DNA of 32,000 bases from Shewanella profunda (GCF_023283765.1 NZ_JAKILG010000004.1:79513-111512), one strand, 5' to 3'; shown: positions 1-8,998, counted from the first letter of the stretch. Notes: generated from the letters alone by a model not told the origin. Numbers and translations are program-made.

Positions 1-232
1 CTGACGATTCTTGTTCATAACTGAAAAACTGCCGTTTGGCTTTGAAATAGCCCAGTTGCAATACTAAATGGGCTGCCACAGAAAACGTTCGGGTATTGTC
101 GAATAGCTCGCGCTCTTTAGCACTTAAGTCAAAATATAATCGACGATCATCATCTGAGAAATGAGGTAATCCAAACAGTTCATCTATTTCATCAGTTGAC
201 AAAATAGATAGCCGCCGAACATCATTTTTCAT
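1..232 (-). CDS. tnpA: Tn3-family transposase TnpA, about 77 N-terminal codons only (gene continues past the left edge)
   Basis: Absent from the ORF track because there is no stop in the window. The reverse complement from the ATG at 232-230 reads MKNDVRRLSILSTDEIDELFGLPHFSDDDRRLYFDLSAKERELFDNTRTFSVAAHLVLQLGYFKAKRQFF... This has the layout of the DUF4158 N-terminal domain of Tn3-family transposases (Tn3 TnpA from memory: LTTEQ..YGRF....LARYFHLDEADKEF....RLGIALQIGCVRFLG). Confidence 0.7.
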   Translation of the reverse strand, partial: MKNDVRRLSILSTDEIDELFGLPHFSDDDRRLYFDLSAKERELFDNTRTFSVAAHLVLQLGYFKAKRQFFSYEQESS

Positions 233-255
233 GGTGCCCTCCCTATTTCACTACA

Positions 256-567
256 TCAAATAATTTCCCGCTCCGCGAGATGTGCAAGTGGAACCATACT
301 TTTATGTAAGATCCCAAATACAACGAATTGATGCTCATGTTGGATGTAATAGATGACATGACTTGAATAAGGGAAGCTAAACACATTCATGCGTACCTCG
401 GGTCTATTTTTCCCAAGGGTGGGTGTTTCAGCCAGCAGTTGAATCGTTTGTCTAAGTCCTGATAAATAGGTCTTCGACTGAGTCGTTCCCCATTGGGCTA
501 ACGTAAAGCGGTGAATACCTATCAGATCAGATTGTGCATCGGGCGTTAAATGATAAGTTACCGGCAT
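256..567 (-). CDS. parE: ParE/RelE-superfamily type II toxin (103 aa)
   Basis: Small basic protein. Its ATG overlaps the stop of the upstream antitoxin-like gene by 1 nt (TAATG at 565-569). Size and sequence style (...HRFTLAQWG...YLSGLRQTIQLLAETP.LG..RPE......FPYSSHVIYY...) fit ParE-type toxins. Confidence 0.7.
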   Translation of the reverse strand: MPVTYHLTPDAQSDLIGIHRFTLAQWGTTQSKTYLSGLRQTIQLLAETPTLGKNRPEVRMNVFSFPYSSHVIYYIQHEHQFVVFGILHKSMVPLAHLAEREII

Positions 568-827
568 TAGTCATACTGCCCTGCGGCCAGCTCATCAAAA
601 AAGGTATTACCATCAACCAAATTGCCCATTTTGATGTCAGTTATGGCTTTCACCGCTTTGGATTGAAGCAAATGTAATTTTAGTGTCTCGATACTTTGGT
701 ATGCATCAGCTGAAATAACAACGGCCACAGGCTTGCCATTTTTATTAATTTGGATTGGAGCTTGTTGAGCTTTGAGCAACAAATCTCCAAAGTGAATTTT
801 TGCTTCATTGGCTGAAAGAGTGTTCAT
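567..827 (-). CDS. Phd/YefM-family antitoxin (86 aa)
   Basis: The N-terminus MNTLSANEAKIHFGDLLLKAQQAPIQINKNGKPVAVVISADAYQSI is the classic Phd/YefM fold signature (ea+..f..ll..v...pv.I.++G+p.aVl.s.e.Y). It is translationally coupled to the downstream toxin. Confidence 0.75.
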   Translation of the reverse strand: MNTLSANEAKIHFGDLLLKAQQAPIQINKNGKPVAVVISADAYQSIETLKLHLLQSKAVKAITDIKMGNLVDGNTFFDELAAGQYD

Positions 828-841
828 TTATCACCTTTAAA

Positions 842-857
842 CGAATCGTTCGATTCG
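842..857. promoter_or_regulatory. Perfect 7-bp inverted repeat (cgaatcg-tt-cgattcg), candidate operator of the TA/tnpA promoter
   Basis: Seen directly, 15 nt upstream of the antitoxin start codon. Type II TA operons are normally autoregulated through palindromes at this position. Confidence 0.35.
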
Positions 858-899
858 CTCAATTTACACCAGTTGGGCGATAAAAGTCAAAAATGCACC

Positions 900-975
900 T
901 TATCAAAAAGTATACTATTTGATAGCTCTGGTTATTACCTATCAAAACTACTATCATAAGTGCATTATCAAAACC
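900..975. promoter_or_regulatory. res-like resolution site (repeated TATCAAAA half-sites)
   Basis: TTATCAAAAAGTATACTATTTGATAG (900-925) is an imperfect palindrome with a central TA. Two further direct TATCAAAAC copies lie at about 939-947 and 966-974. The site lies between the divergent tnpA side and tnpR, as in Tn3-family res sites. Confidence 0.5.
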
Positions 976-996
976 TTTAAAGAGATATGGTAATTT

Positions 997-1575
997 ATGT
1001 CCAAAGTTGGTTATGCTCGAGTGAGTTCCACGGGTCAAAGCTTAGAAGTGCAACTCAGAAAATTACATAGAGCTGAGTGCAATAAGATATATCAAGAAAA
1101 ACGCAGTGGGAGGACGGCTGAACGGTCTGAATTTCAATCTTGCATGAGTTATTTACGTGAAGGGGATACCCTAGTGGTAACCCGACTCGATCGTCTTGCT
1201 CGCTCAGTCGTCCACTTAGCCCAGATTGCTTCGCGTTTTCAAAGAGAAGGCATTGATTTGCTCGTTATCGATCAGAATATTGATACGAGCACTTCGACTG
1301 GGAGACTCATGTTCAATATGTTGGCTGCTATTGCTGAGTTTGAAAATGACTTGCGGACAGAGAGACAAGCTGAAGGTATTGTAAAAGCACATGAAAATGG
1401 CGTTAAATTTGGTAGACCTGTAAAACTGACAGACACCTTAAAACAAGCGATTTATGATAAAAGAGCTGAGGGGGCCACTATTGGTCAGCTTGCAAAGGAG
1501 TATCACCTTGGAGAAGCTACTATTTATCGGGCAATTAATTCAGTTAAACAATCAATTGTTTCCCCTACTCGATAG
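997..1575 (+). CDS. tnpR: Serine recombinase / resolvase (192 aa)
   Basis: The N-terminus MSKVGYARVSSTGQSLEVQ contains the catalytic Ser motif (YARVSS..Q). Also present are TLVVTRLDRLARS, the GRLMFNMLAAIAEFE.DL..ER core, and a C-terminal HTH (ATIGQLAKEYHLGEATIYRAI). Confidence 0.92.
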   Translation: MSKVGYARVSSTGQSLEVQLRKLHRAECNKIYQEKRSGRTAERSEFQSCMSYLREGDTLVVTRLDRLARSVVHLAQIASRFQREGIDLLVIDQNIDTSTSTGRLMFNMLAAIAEFENDLRTERQAEGIVKAHENGVKFGRPVKLTDTLKQAIYDKRAEGATIGQLAKEYHLGEATIYRAINSVKQSIVSPTR

Positions 1576-1685
1576 ATGTTGAAGCGTTACAAGGTGATGG
1601 AAAGACAAAACGTGATTGATACTGACATTATATGTATTGACGTTTCAAATTAGCCTTACTGTATTAACGCAACATCAAAGTATGA

Positions 1686-2516
1686 TTAATTTCCCTTATC
1701 TAAAAAGCGCATTCCTGCTTTTAAACCTTGCCGATATCCGAGGTCAAGTTTTTCTTGTGATCGGGTAAATCGACCTACAGGGAAAGACTTAGGTGGGTAT
1801 ATTACGCGAATTTTGCAGCCAATAGGTGGAGAATCAATAAAAGCCAATGTACGATTATAATGTATATGACGATTAAGCATTGCTTGATACAGTGCAGGGT
1901 ATCTTTTAGCGAGAGATGTTAGCCAGCGTAACGTATGTGCTGATTTTTTTCGATATCCATATGGCCTTGATAACACGACTGTTATGTCTCTTGCTCCTTG
2001 CCTATAAGCAAATTCAACCGGAATTGAATCAGCAATTCCACCATCTGTCATTGGTATATTGTCTACAATAGGGTAGTCACGATAGGCCAGTGGAATGGCA
2101 CAAGAAGCAATAATAGCCGCATGGTTGAGATTTTGGTCAATCATCTTATAGTAGTGAGCTTTACCTGATATTACACTCGTTGTGACCACCCAAAGAGGAA
2201 TGAAAAGGTGGTTATTCAGCGGTTCACTATGATAAGACTCACGCCATAACCATTCCACATCACATAAGTGTCCACCTTTGAAAAAACGCGTTAAGTTGAT
2301 GAAGTTATCGCTGGTAGCATAATGTTTAATTATTTTCTCACTCCGACCTAATCGCTTATTTAAATATCCCACTAAATTCGTTGAACCTGCTGAAACACCA
2401 ACACTGAAATCAAAATCGTAGTAATTGTAAGCGATTAAAGTATCAAGTACTCCTGCCGCAAAAATGCCACGCATGGCTCCACCTTCGACAACTAATGCTT
2501 TTATTTTATCTCCCAT
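1686..2516 (-). CDS. Patatin-like phospholipase (276 aa from ATG 2516; ORF track gives 2537)
   Basis: Oxyanion motif VVEGGAMRG, nucleophile elbow GVSAGS (GxSxG) and catalytic Asp motif TDGGIAD (DGG). The ATG at 2516 is preceded by GGGAGGA and lies 2 nt after the stop of the upstream gene. Confidence 0.85.
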   Translation of the reverse strand: MGDKIKALVVEGGAMRGIFAAGVLDTLIAYNYYDFDFSVGVSAGSTNLVGYLNKRLGRSEKIIKHYATSDNFINLTRFFKGGHLCDVEWLWRESYHSEPLNNHLFIPLWVVTTSVISGKAHYYKMIDQNLNHAAIIASCAIPLAYRDYPIVDNIPMTDGGIADSIPVEFAYRQGARDITVVLSRPYGYRKKSAHTLRWLTSLAKRYPALYQAMLNRHIHYNRTLAFIDSPPIGCKIRVIYPPKSFPVGRFTRSQEKLDLGYRQGLKAGMRFLDKGN

Positions 2517-2518
2517 TT

Positions 2519-3175
2519 TCAATGTCCTCCCACACAATAACTGAGATTTTCATGAAACGATTCAATGAATACGTAAGCAAATATACCATGTGCGAGTCTT
2601 ATTTGAGACCGTTGTTGTTCTAAAACGATATTAAATCCATAGTTCTGAAGAAGATAGAGCAATATAGACTCACCTTTTGTACCACTGTCACCAATATAAT
2701 AGGTTAATATTATTTCTTTCCTTTTAAATAGTAAATTGTGCATTTGGTCTTTATGAATGCCAACAAAACCTAACGATAAAACATTTGGAGATTCTGATGC
2801 ACTAAATTCAATCTCATCTTCATGCTCAGTTTTAATTACAAATTGGTAACGTACCAAGTCTAAAAGAAAACCATTCAAACGCTCAAATGGTGTTTGACCG
2901 TGCAATTTTGAGTTGTGATGATAAATGTCTCGATAACGATTCAGCCTTTGATTCCAACGGACTTCAAACCCATTTTTATCAGGTGAAAATGCATTATAAA
3001 AATGCTTTAACCCTGATAGAGATATTTTTCTTTCACGCCTTAACCTTTTGAATTCCTTAATTATAAAGTCGCTGAATTTATTATTACTTCTGTTTGGGAA
3101 AGTAATTTTATTAAGAAATCGCTTAAGCTCTATATTTAACATATAGTGGTAAAGCTCTATATCCTGTTCGTTCAT
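2519..3175 (-). CDS. Hypothetical protein (218 aa), first gene of the patatin operon
   Basis: Long ORF in a very AT-rich region, translationally coupled to the patatin gene (TGA-AA-ATG). I recognise no motif. Confidence 0.55.
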   Translation of the reverse strand: MNEQDIELYHYMLNIELKRFLNKITFPNRSNNKFSDFIIKEFKRLRRERKISLSGLKHFYNAFSPDKNGFEVRWNQRLNRYRDIYHHNSKLHGQTPFERLNGFLLDLVRYQFVIKTEHEDEIEFSASESPNVLSLGFVGIHKDQMHNLLFKRKEIILTYYIGDSGTKGESILLYLLQNYGFNIVLEQQRSQIRLAHGIFAYVFIESFHENLSYCVGGH

Positions 3176-3665
3176 CGATACCCTTTAATAAAATAAAAGC
3201 TATTAAATATCTAATGAAGATAAGTGAAATGGTAAAATTCAAGTGCACGCATACCAGCATCACTTATTTCACTAATAATCGAAATAAGTTAATACTCAGA
3301 GGTTCTGAGCTGATATGGCGGTAGTTTACATTGGCTTAAATATACTCACGTTGATTTATGATGATTAATTATATCACCATTTGATAATATGTAAACAACA
3401 TGACTTATGCATCAAAGTGCCTCAGCTGAATTTACACAAAAAAAATAATATCATGAAAAGTTCTGTTTTTATTGAAACATAAAAAAATCGTCAATATTTT
3501 TAGTCTCCTCTTGAATTAACACTATTTTACATATTTCTGAATAACGGATGATGCCAAATCTTTAGTAAATAAAATGCAGGCCTCTGAATATATTAATACA
3601 ACAATTAACGCATCACATAATTCCATTGCACTGAACTAAAGTGTCTTAGCCTAACATTAATATTT

Positions 3666-4019
3666 CTATGAACAGTTAATGCAGCGAGTCACGGTAGGAT
3701 CAAACATAAGCCGATTCAAATCGATATCTTCACCACAGACAAAACAGCTGCCATATTCATCGCTATTTATGCGTAATAATGCACCTTCAATAACTTGTAA
3801 CTGATGCTGCTTGCGTCTCGCCGTTTCTAATTCCATTTGCTGTCCTTGCAATGCATCTATACGTGAAAGGCGTCCGAGCCGTGATTGATCAAGTTCGACA
3901 ACTTGCACATCACTCGTTTGTGCTGCAATCTGCGCTAACAAACTTTCCAGCATTTGCTGTAACTGTAAATGCAGTTGTTGCTTTAGCTGCTCGTTCATTT
4001 CACCTCCAAACTTAAGCAT
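3666..4019 (-). CDS. DksA/TraR-family C4 zinc-finger protein
   Basis: Coiled-coil N-terminus followed by CFVCGEDI...(17 aa)...CINC, the DksA/TraR CxxC-x17-CxxC finger. An alternative start at 3998 (MNEQL...) lies behind GGAGGTG. Confidence 0.75.
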   Translation of the reverse strand: MLKFGGEMNEQLKQQLHLQLQQMLESLLAQIAAQTSDVQVVELDQSRLGRLSRIDALQGQQMELETARRKQHQLQVIEGALLRINSDEYGSCFVCGEDIDLNRLMFDPTVTRCINCS

Positions 4020-4041
4020 CAGAACCTATCTCTATTACTAT

Positions 4042-4074
4042 GCACTAATCAGCGTCTTAGATACTGATTAGTGC
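4042..4074. other. Perfect 11-bp stem hairpin (gcactaatcag / ctgattagtgc, 11-nt loop) between the usp and dksA-like genes
   Basis: Seen directly. No T-run follows on the minus strand, so it is an attenuator/processing or protein-binding site rather than a canonical terminator. Confidence 0.3.
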
Positions 4075-4088
4075 AATATCAATAGCTG

Positions 4089-4943
4089 TTAGCGCAATAA
4101 TAATAATGGGATATGGCTTTTACTGATCATCCTTGTGGTATTGCTCCCCACAAAGAACTCCCTTATCCGCGAATGGCCGTAGGCTCCCATCACCATAAGG
4201 TCAATCTGATGCTCGGCTTGATAGGCTGAAAGTGCGGTTTGCACCTCCCCTTGGCAGGCTGCTGTGACCACGTTGAAGTTTGCTTCGTGGAGAACATCTG
4301 CGACTAAGGTTAATTCAGCCGTAGCGTGTGATTTGTTGTCAGACACCATGACCAAATGACACTCAAGCCCCATGAGTAGCGGGCTACTAGCAACGCGATT
4401 AAGCGCTTTTTTCGCCGTTAGGCTGCCATCATAGGCGATCATAAATCGCTTTGGCGTTTGAAATTCTGCCATCACCACTAAAATAGGTTGTTTGAGTGTG
4501 CGGATCACACTTTCAAGGTGGCTGCCAATGGACTGAGACTGATCTTGATGTTGCTCACCTTGACGTCCCATCACTACCAGTCTGGCCTTGCATTCTTGTT
4601 CTAACAAGGTTTCAACCAAGTCGCCATGGCGCTGCAAGGTTTCAACCACGACAGAAGGCTTTTTCTCTGCAAGGCGAGTTCGCGCGTCTTGCAACATATA
4701 TTTGCCCTGCTCAAGAGCCAGTTTGCCACGGCGTTCTTCAAGCTCAACCATTTCACTGAGTAAGTGCTCCCGCGTCCCGAGACCGATATTTCCCGACAGA
4801 TTTGACTCTGTTGGATATGCAGACTTGTCTAATACATGCAATAACGTCACTGGCGCATCAAGTTGATTTGCAGCCCAGCCACTGGCATCACATACGGCAG
4901 GTGTCACATTTGAACCGTCAATACAGGCAATCACATTTGTCAT
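4089..4943 (-). CDS. Universal stress protein, tandem Usp domains (284 aa)
   Basis: Two Usp-like halves. Each begins with I.A.DGS / IAYDGS and ends with the G..G......F.GS....... motif (VMGRQG..., VMGAYGHSRIREFFVGSNTTRMISKSHIPLLLLR). Confidence 0.85.
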   Translation of the reverse strand: MTNVIACIDGSNVTPAVCDASGWAANQLDAPVTLLHVLDKSAYPTESNLSGNIGLGTREHLLSEMVELEERRGKLALEQGKYMLQDARTRLAEKKPSVVVETLQRHGDLVETLLEQECKARLVVMGRQGEQHQDQSQSIGSHLESVIRTLKQPILVVMAEFQTPKRFMIAYDGSLTAKKALNRVASSPLLMGLECHLVMVSDNKSHATAELTLVADVLHEANFNVVTAACQGEVQTALSAYQAEHQIDLMVMGAYGHSRIREFFVGSNTTRMISKSHIPLLLLR

Positions 4944-4977
4944 CGTTTTATTCCTTTTTTGTTGTGTTGCTAATGGC

Positions 4978-6468
4978 TTAGTGACCAGACATCATTTTTT
5001 CGACTTCTTCTGGCTTATCATGCACCCCAAATTTATCGACTATGGTGGCACTGGCTTCATTTAGGCCAATCAACTCTACTTCAGTCCCCTCACGGCGGAA
5101 TTTAATCACTACCTTGTCCAGCGCCGATACCGCCGTAATATCCCAAAAATGCGCTTGAGATAAGTCGATAGTCACTTTATCAACCACTTCCCTAAAATCG
5201 AATGAATTACTGAACTTATCTGCCGAGGCAAAAAAGACTTGCCCAATAACCTGATAATGGCGACCCGTGTCGACAGCAGTCGTTGCACTCTTAACCACCA
5301 TAAAACGGCCCACTTTATTAGCAAAAAACAGAGACGCGAGTAATACCCCTACAAATACCCCAATCGCTAGGTTATGGGTAGCGACCACCACCACAACCGT
5401 CGCCACCATCACAAAGTTGGTCGACATAGGGTGATGCTTAAGGTTACGAATGGAATCCCAAGAGAATGTACCGATAGCCACCATGATCATCACAGCAACC
5501 AGTGCCGCCATCGGAATAAGTTTTAACCATTCACCTAAAAACACCACCATCACCAATAGATAAACACCTGCGGCGAAGGATGATAAACGTCCGCGACCGC
5601 CAGATTTAATGTTGATGATCGACTGACCAATCATGGCACAACCTGCCATACCACCCATTAAACCCGCGCCAATATTAGCAATACCTTGGCCCTTACACTC
5701 GCGGTTCTTATCGCTTTGGGTATCGGTTAAATCATCAACTATGGTGGCGGTCATCATGGATTCTAACAAACCCACCACGGCAAGGCCGGCCGAGTAAGGG
5801 AAGATGATCATCAGGGTTTCAAGGGTCAAGGGCACTTCAGGCCAGAGGAAAATAGGCAAAGTATCAGGTAGTTGCCCCATATCGCCAACCGTACGGATAT
5901 CGACACCCATATAAACCGCAAACACAGTTAACGCTATGATACAGACTAACGGTGAAGGTAAAGATTTACCAATCACAGGAATGAGTGGGAACAAGTAAAT
6001 GATACCAAGGCCAGCTGCCGTCATCGCATACACATGCCAAGTCACATCGGTAAGCTCAGGCAATTGAGCCATAAAGATAAGGATCGCTAGCGCATTCACA
6101 AAGCCCGTCACCACAGAGCGGGACACAAACCGCATCAAGCTGCCGAGTTTTAAGTAACCCGCAGCAATTTGCAGAACACCGGTTAAGAGGGTTGCCGCAA
6201 GTAAATACTCGAGGCCATGTTCCTTCACTAAGGTCACCATCAACAGCGCCATAGCACCCGTTGCGGCAGAGATCATGCCAGGACGGCCACCGGTAAACGC
6301 GATGACCACTGCGATACAGAATGAAGCATACAGGCCGACCTTAGGATCGACACCTGCAATAATAGAAAAAGCAATCGCCTCAGGGATTAACGCCAGCGCT
6401 ACTACAATACCGGCTAACAGATCTCCGCGTATATTGGAGAACCACTCTTTTTTTATGGTTTGTATCAT
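4978..6468 (-). CDS. SulP-family inorganic anion transporter with C-terminal STAS domain (496 aa from ATG 6468; ORF track extends to 6558)
   Basis: The N-terminus ...[27 protein letters not shown] is the SulP signature. The protein is polytopic and hydrophobic throughout, with a C-terminal STAS-like segment ([13 protein letters not shown]...[24 protein letters not shown]...G.EVELIGLN). Confidence 0.9.
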   Translation of the reverse strand: MIQTIKKEWFSNIRGDLLAGIVVALALIPEAIAFSIIAGVDPKVGLYASFCIAVVIAFTGGRPGMISAATGAMALLMVTLVKEHGLEYLLAATLLTGVLQIAAGYLKLGSLMRFVSRSVVTGFVNALAILIFMAQLPELTDVTWHVYAMTAAGLGIIYLFPLIPVIGKSLPSPLVCIIALTVFAVYMGVDIRTVGDMGQLPDTLPIFLWPEVPLTLETLMIIFPYSAGLAVVGLLESMMTATIVDDLTDTQSDKNRECKGQGIANIGAGLMGGMAGCAMIGQSIINIKSGGRGRLSSFAAGVYLLVMVVFLGEWLKLIPMAALVAVMIMVAIGTFSWDSIRNLKHHPMSTNFVMVATVVVVVATHNLAIGVFVGVLLASLFFANKVGRFMVVKSATTAVDTGRHYQVIGQVFFASADKFSNSFDFREVVDKVTIDLSQAHFWDITAVSALDKVVIKFRREGTEVELIGLNEASATIVDKFGVHDKPEEVEKMMSGH

Positions 6469-6934
6469 GTTACTCACTCTGATTAAAATTAAATCAATAA
6501 CAAAAGCTAACGCTAGCCATATACACAGACGTGCAAAGACAAGAGCTTTTATCGTCAACGTGACGAATCAATATTAGATTTATGGAGGTACAACAAAAGC
6601 TACCGAAGGGTAGATACTACGAACGGATCTGAGCGATCCAAAATGAAGGGGGTTAAACTAATGCGGCTTAAAGCTCATTACAGAAATTATCCTTACAACA
6701 GGTAAAATGAGTAAAATTTTGATTTTTGGCTATATACAGAAACACAATATAGAGTTAGGTAAGGATACCGTTCAGGTCGTTGAAAGTCAAAGGACCAAAA
6801 TCAGATTAACTATGATCCGGTAAGCTGTAACGACTTAAATTCAGTGTTAATGAGCGTAACCAGATAAATTCCACATTAAAAACAAAAAAAACAGTGGCTT
6901 AATTTAGCTCAAGAGCTTAGTTATAAAGCTAACT

Positions 6935-7141
6935 TTACATTTTCGGCGCGTTGGGCAAATTTAGCCAATCTGCTATCCGGTACACTCCAAATTGGCCGCC
7001 ATACCCGTTTTTGTAGAACGAAACTGGCTCTACTCCTGGCTTAGGCTTCATCCGAAATTCGTCCCTGAGCCGTCCTTTTGAAAAGCACCTATCGGCTTTC
7101 ATGGCTTCGGCTCTGGCAAGTTCGAGTTCTTCATCATTCAT
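6935..7141 (-). CDS. Hypothetical small protein (68 aa), last gene of the integrase operon
   Basis: The ORF starts 4 nt after the integrase stop. No motif recognised. Confidence 0.45.
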   Translation of the reverse strand: MNDEELELARAEAMKADRCFSKGRLRDEFRMKPKPGVEPVSFYKNGYGGQFGVYRIADWLNLPNAPKM

Positions 7142-7145
7142 GCTG

Positions 7146-8198
7146 TTAATCCGCTATATCGAGGCGTTGGCTTGCTCTCTTCAAGCGCTCATCGCCGCGC
7201 CTGTCATATTTCTGGGTAGTTGCAATGCTTGAGTGGCCCATTGCGTCCTTCACGGTCACAATATCCTCACCGTTATCCAGCATCGAGGAGGCAAAGGTGC
7301 GTCGCAGGTCATGGGGCGCAAACTTCTCCAGACCGGCTTCTACTCTTCTGGTCTCCAAGATGTGGTAGATGGCCTGATCCGACATCCGCTCTCCAGTCAC
7401 ATCATCAAACCGCCTGATCCTCGGGAATAAAGGCCCTTCATGCGTTCCTCGAACCTCTTCAACCCACTTATCCAGTCTTTTCCATGCGCCACCAGGCACA
7501 TACGCCATTCTCTCTTTGTTGCCCTTGCCAAGGACCTTGAGAGCGCGGTCCTTGTAGATCATGCTTCCCATGTCCAGCGCAACGATTTCCGAACGGCGCA
7601 AGCCACACCCGAGGAGCACCCCGAGAATGGCCGCATCCCGAAGCCCTTTGGCGCTTGAATCACTTTCACATGTGAAAAAGAGGCTGCGAATCTCATGGCG
7701 TTCAAGTGCGCGCCCTTTTGGGAGTCGAGATCCTCGTACTGAACGGACTTGCTTAATGTGCTGGTAGCTGTCCGTATCAATTTGCTTCATCGTCCAGGCT
7801 TCATGAGCCACCCCTTTGAGCGCTGAAAGGTAGGTGTTGATCGTTGCCGGTGCCTTCCCTGCATCCCCCAGCATTTCCAGCACCGCCAATATGTGGTGCC
7901 GCCTCATTGAGCTCCATGCACAGTCACGAAGGTTCTGAAACCCGATCATCTTGGCGACAATGTTGAGGAATGAACTCATGGTCTGCCTGCTTCGCTTTGA
8001 CCCGAGGCTCACCAGATAGGCGACGGCAGGGTTGTCCTGGATGTTCCGGAGCGAGCTCGATGACGGCAACAGTTCACCGCGAATGGTTTGTTCTGCCGGA
8101 ACATTTACTTTCGCATGTGAAACTAGCTCATCTTTGTCGTTGTTCGTGTCGTGCAAAGTTACCTCCTGAGCCCGACCGCAACGAGAAGCAAGTCCCAT
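7146..8198 (-). CDS. Tyrosine recombinase / phage-type integrase
   Basis: Catalytic set visible: GCGLRRSE (Arg), LGKGNKER (Lys), HDLRRTFAS (His-x-x-Arg), GHSSIATTQKYD (His...Tyr). A TTG at 8156 directly behind AGGAGG, 1 nt after the upstream stop, may be the true start. Confidence 0.9.
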   Translation of the reverse strand: MGLASRCGRAQEVTLHDTNNDKDELVSHAKVNVPAEQTIRGELLPSSSSLRNIQDNPAVAYLVSLGSKRSRQTMSSFLNIVAKMIGFQNLRDCAWSSMRRHHILAVLEMLGDAGKAPATINTYLSALKGVAHEAWTMKQIDTDSYQHIKQVRSVRGSRLPKGRALERHEIRSLFFTCESDSSAKGLRDAAILGVLLGCGLRRSEIVALDMGSMIYKDRALKVLGKGNKERMAYVPGGAWKRLDKWVEEVRGTHEGPLFPRIRRFDDVTGERMSDQAIYHILETRRVEAGLEKFAPHDLRRTFASSMLDNGEDIVTVKDAMGHSSIATTQKYDRRGDERLKRASQRLDIAD

Positions 8199-8689
8199 AT
8201 CTTGAGGTGAAGAGGCACCTCCTTCTCTATATGTTGCGTTTCATAGCTTTGTATCAACGATTCAAACTTGGTTGGATTGCACAGCAATTCGTAAACTGTC
8301 CGGTTGGGCTTGGTGATCGGCTTATTCGGAGTAAATCCATGTTTGTTCTGGAGGTACAGTGCTACCGCGCCACTTCTGGATTCTCCGTAATAGCAATGAA
8401 CGAAGATCTGATCGATACCGCTACCAACCAATCCATCCAGGAAGGTGGACAGCTTTTCAGCCTGTGATGAGTCAATGTAGGAGGCGTAATTCATCCGGAA
8501 CGCTGCCTTCATGGTGTGGATAGTGTTCTCGGAATAGCCGCCATCATAGAAGCTATCGCGGTACAACTGCTCCCACGGTCCGAGAGAGGCAGGGGACTTG
8601 TCTGGGTCAGTTATGGAGATCATGGCCGCACCGGCAACGGGCTCCAGCCTTTCGGCCTCTGACTGGCTGATAAAGGTGACTTTTTTCAT
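8159..8689 (-). CDS. Cys-based phosphatase-like protein (CX5R motif), 176 aa
   Basis: VHCYYGESRSGAVALYL matches the HCxxGxxR(S/T) P-loop of protein-tyrosine/dual-specificity phosphatases. The upstream ISITDPD segment resembles small predicted PTPs. Confidence 0.55.
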   Translation of the reverse strand: MKKVTFISQSEAERLEPVAGAAMISITDPDKSPASLGPWEQLYRDSFYDGGYSENTIHTMKAAFRMNYASYIDSSQAEKLSTFLDGLVGSGIDQIFVHCYYGESRSGAVALYLQNKHGFTPNKPITKPNRTVYELLCNPTKFESLIQSYETQHIEKEVPLHLKIWDLLLVAVGLRR

Positions 8690-8698
8690 CGGGATTTC

Positions 8699-8992
8699 CT
8701 ACATCATGCGACGAGCACAAGGATGAGAAGCCATAAGCTCACGGGCCTGGCGCTCACCTTCATCAGTACCGACCGGAGCAGTGGTATAGACTCCACCATG
8801 CCTCAGGTCAACTATGTTGCTTCGGCAGCACTGACCGACGTTCTGCACCTTGCTGTCTGCATCCAACCCACCAAATGTGTGGCAAGGCCCAGTAAACGGC
8901 TTTTTGCACACAGAGCATCGGTTGCTGTTCTTGTTGATGACTCTCGCCAACACCTTTTCAAATTTGTTTTTGTTTAACATCAGGTTCTCCAC
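8699..8992 (-). CDS. Hypothetical Cys-rich small protein (97 aa)
   Basis: The ORF is packed 9 nt upstream of the phosphatase-like gene. It contains CSVC...C...CC..., possibly metal binding. Confidence 0.45.
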   Translation of the reverse strand: MENLMLNKNKFEKVLARVINKNSNRCSVCKKPFTGPCHTFGGLDADSKVQNVGQCCRSNIVDLRHGGVYTTAPVGTDEGERQARELMASHPCARRMM

Positions 8993-8998
8993 TCAGGG

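Larger units (their letters stand above)
1..1575. mobile_element. Tn3-family transposition module (tnpA 5' end, TA pair, res, tnpR); outer boundaries not identified
   Basis: Co-location of a DUF4158-type transposase N-terminus, a Phd/ParE pair, res-like repeats and a serine resolvase in the divergent tnpA/tnpR layout typical of Tn3-family elements. No terminal inverted repeat could be recognised in the window. Confidence 0.65.

Noticed and set aside
1655-1695. Possible Tn3-family terminal inverted repeat after tnpR (cttactgtattaacgc...tttccc), and GGGGG at 6644-6648 as an alternative end
   Set aside because: Neither has a partner in the window. The first overlaps the patatin stop and does not end in the usual CCCC. 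The second is in the wrong orientation for a right end. This cannot be judged without the tnpA-proximal end.
4496-6577. Plus-strand ORFs opposite the usp and SulP genes (4496..4759, 4588..4866, 6275..6577)
   Set aside because: Antisense to confidently called genes, with no RBS or motif.
6559-6934. tRNA or tmRNA gene, or an att site flanking the integrase block
   Set aside because: No cloverleaf-compatible sequence or T-loop motif was seen. No direct repeat was found shared with the other flank (10610-10700).
7220-8467. Plus-strand ORFs opposite the integrase and phosphatase-like genes (7220..7417, 7233..7430, 7440..7658, 7561..7767, 7970..8467) and minus-strand 7559..7780
   Set aside because: Embedded in genes with clear catalytic motifs. 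They are Arg/Ser/Pro-rich translations typical of antisense GC-rich DNA.
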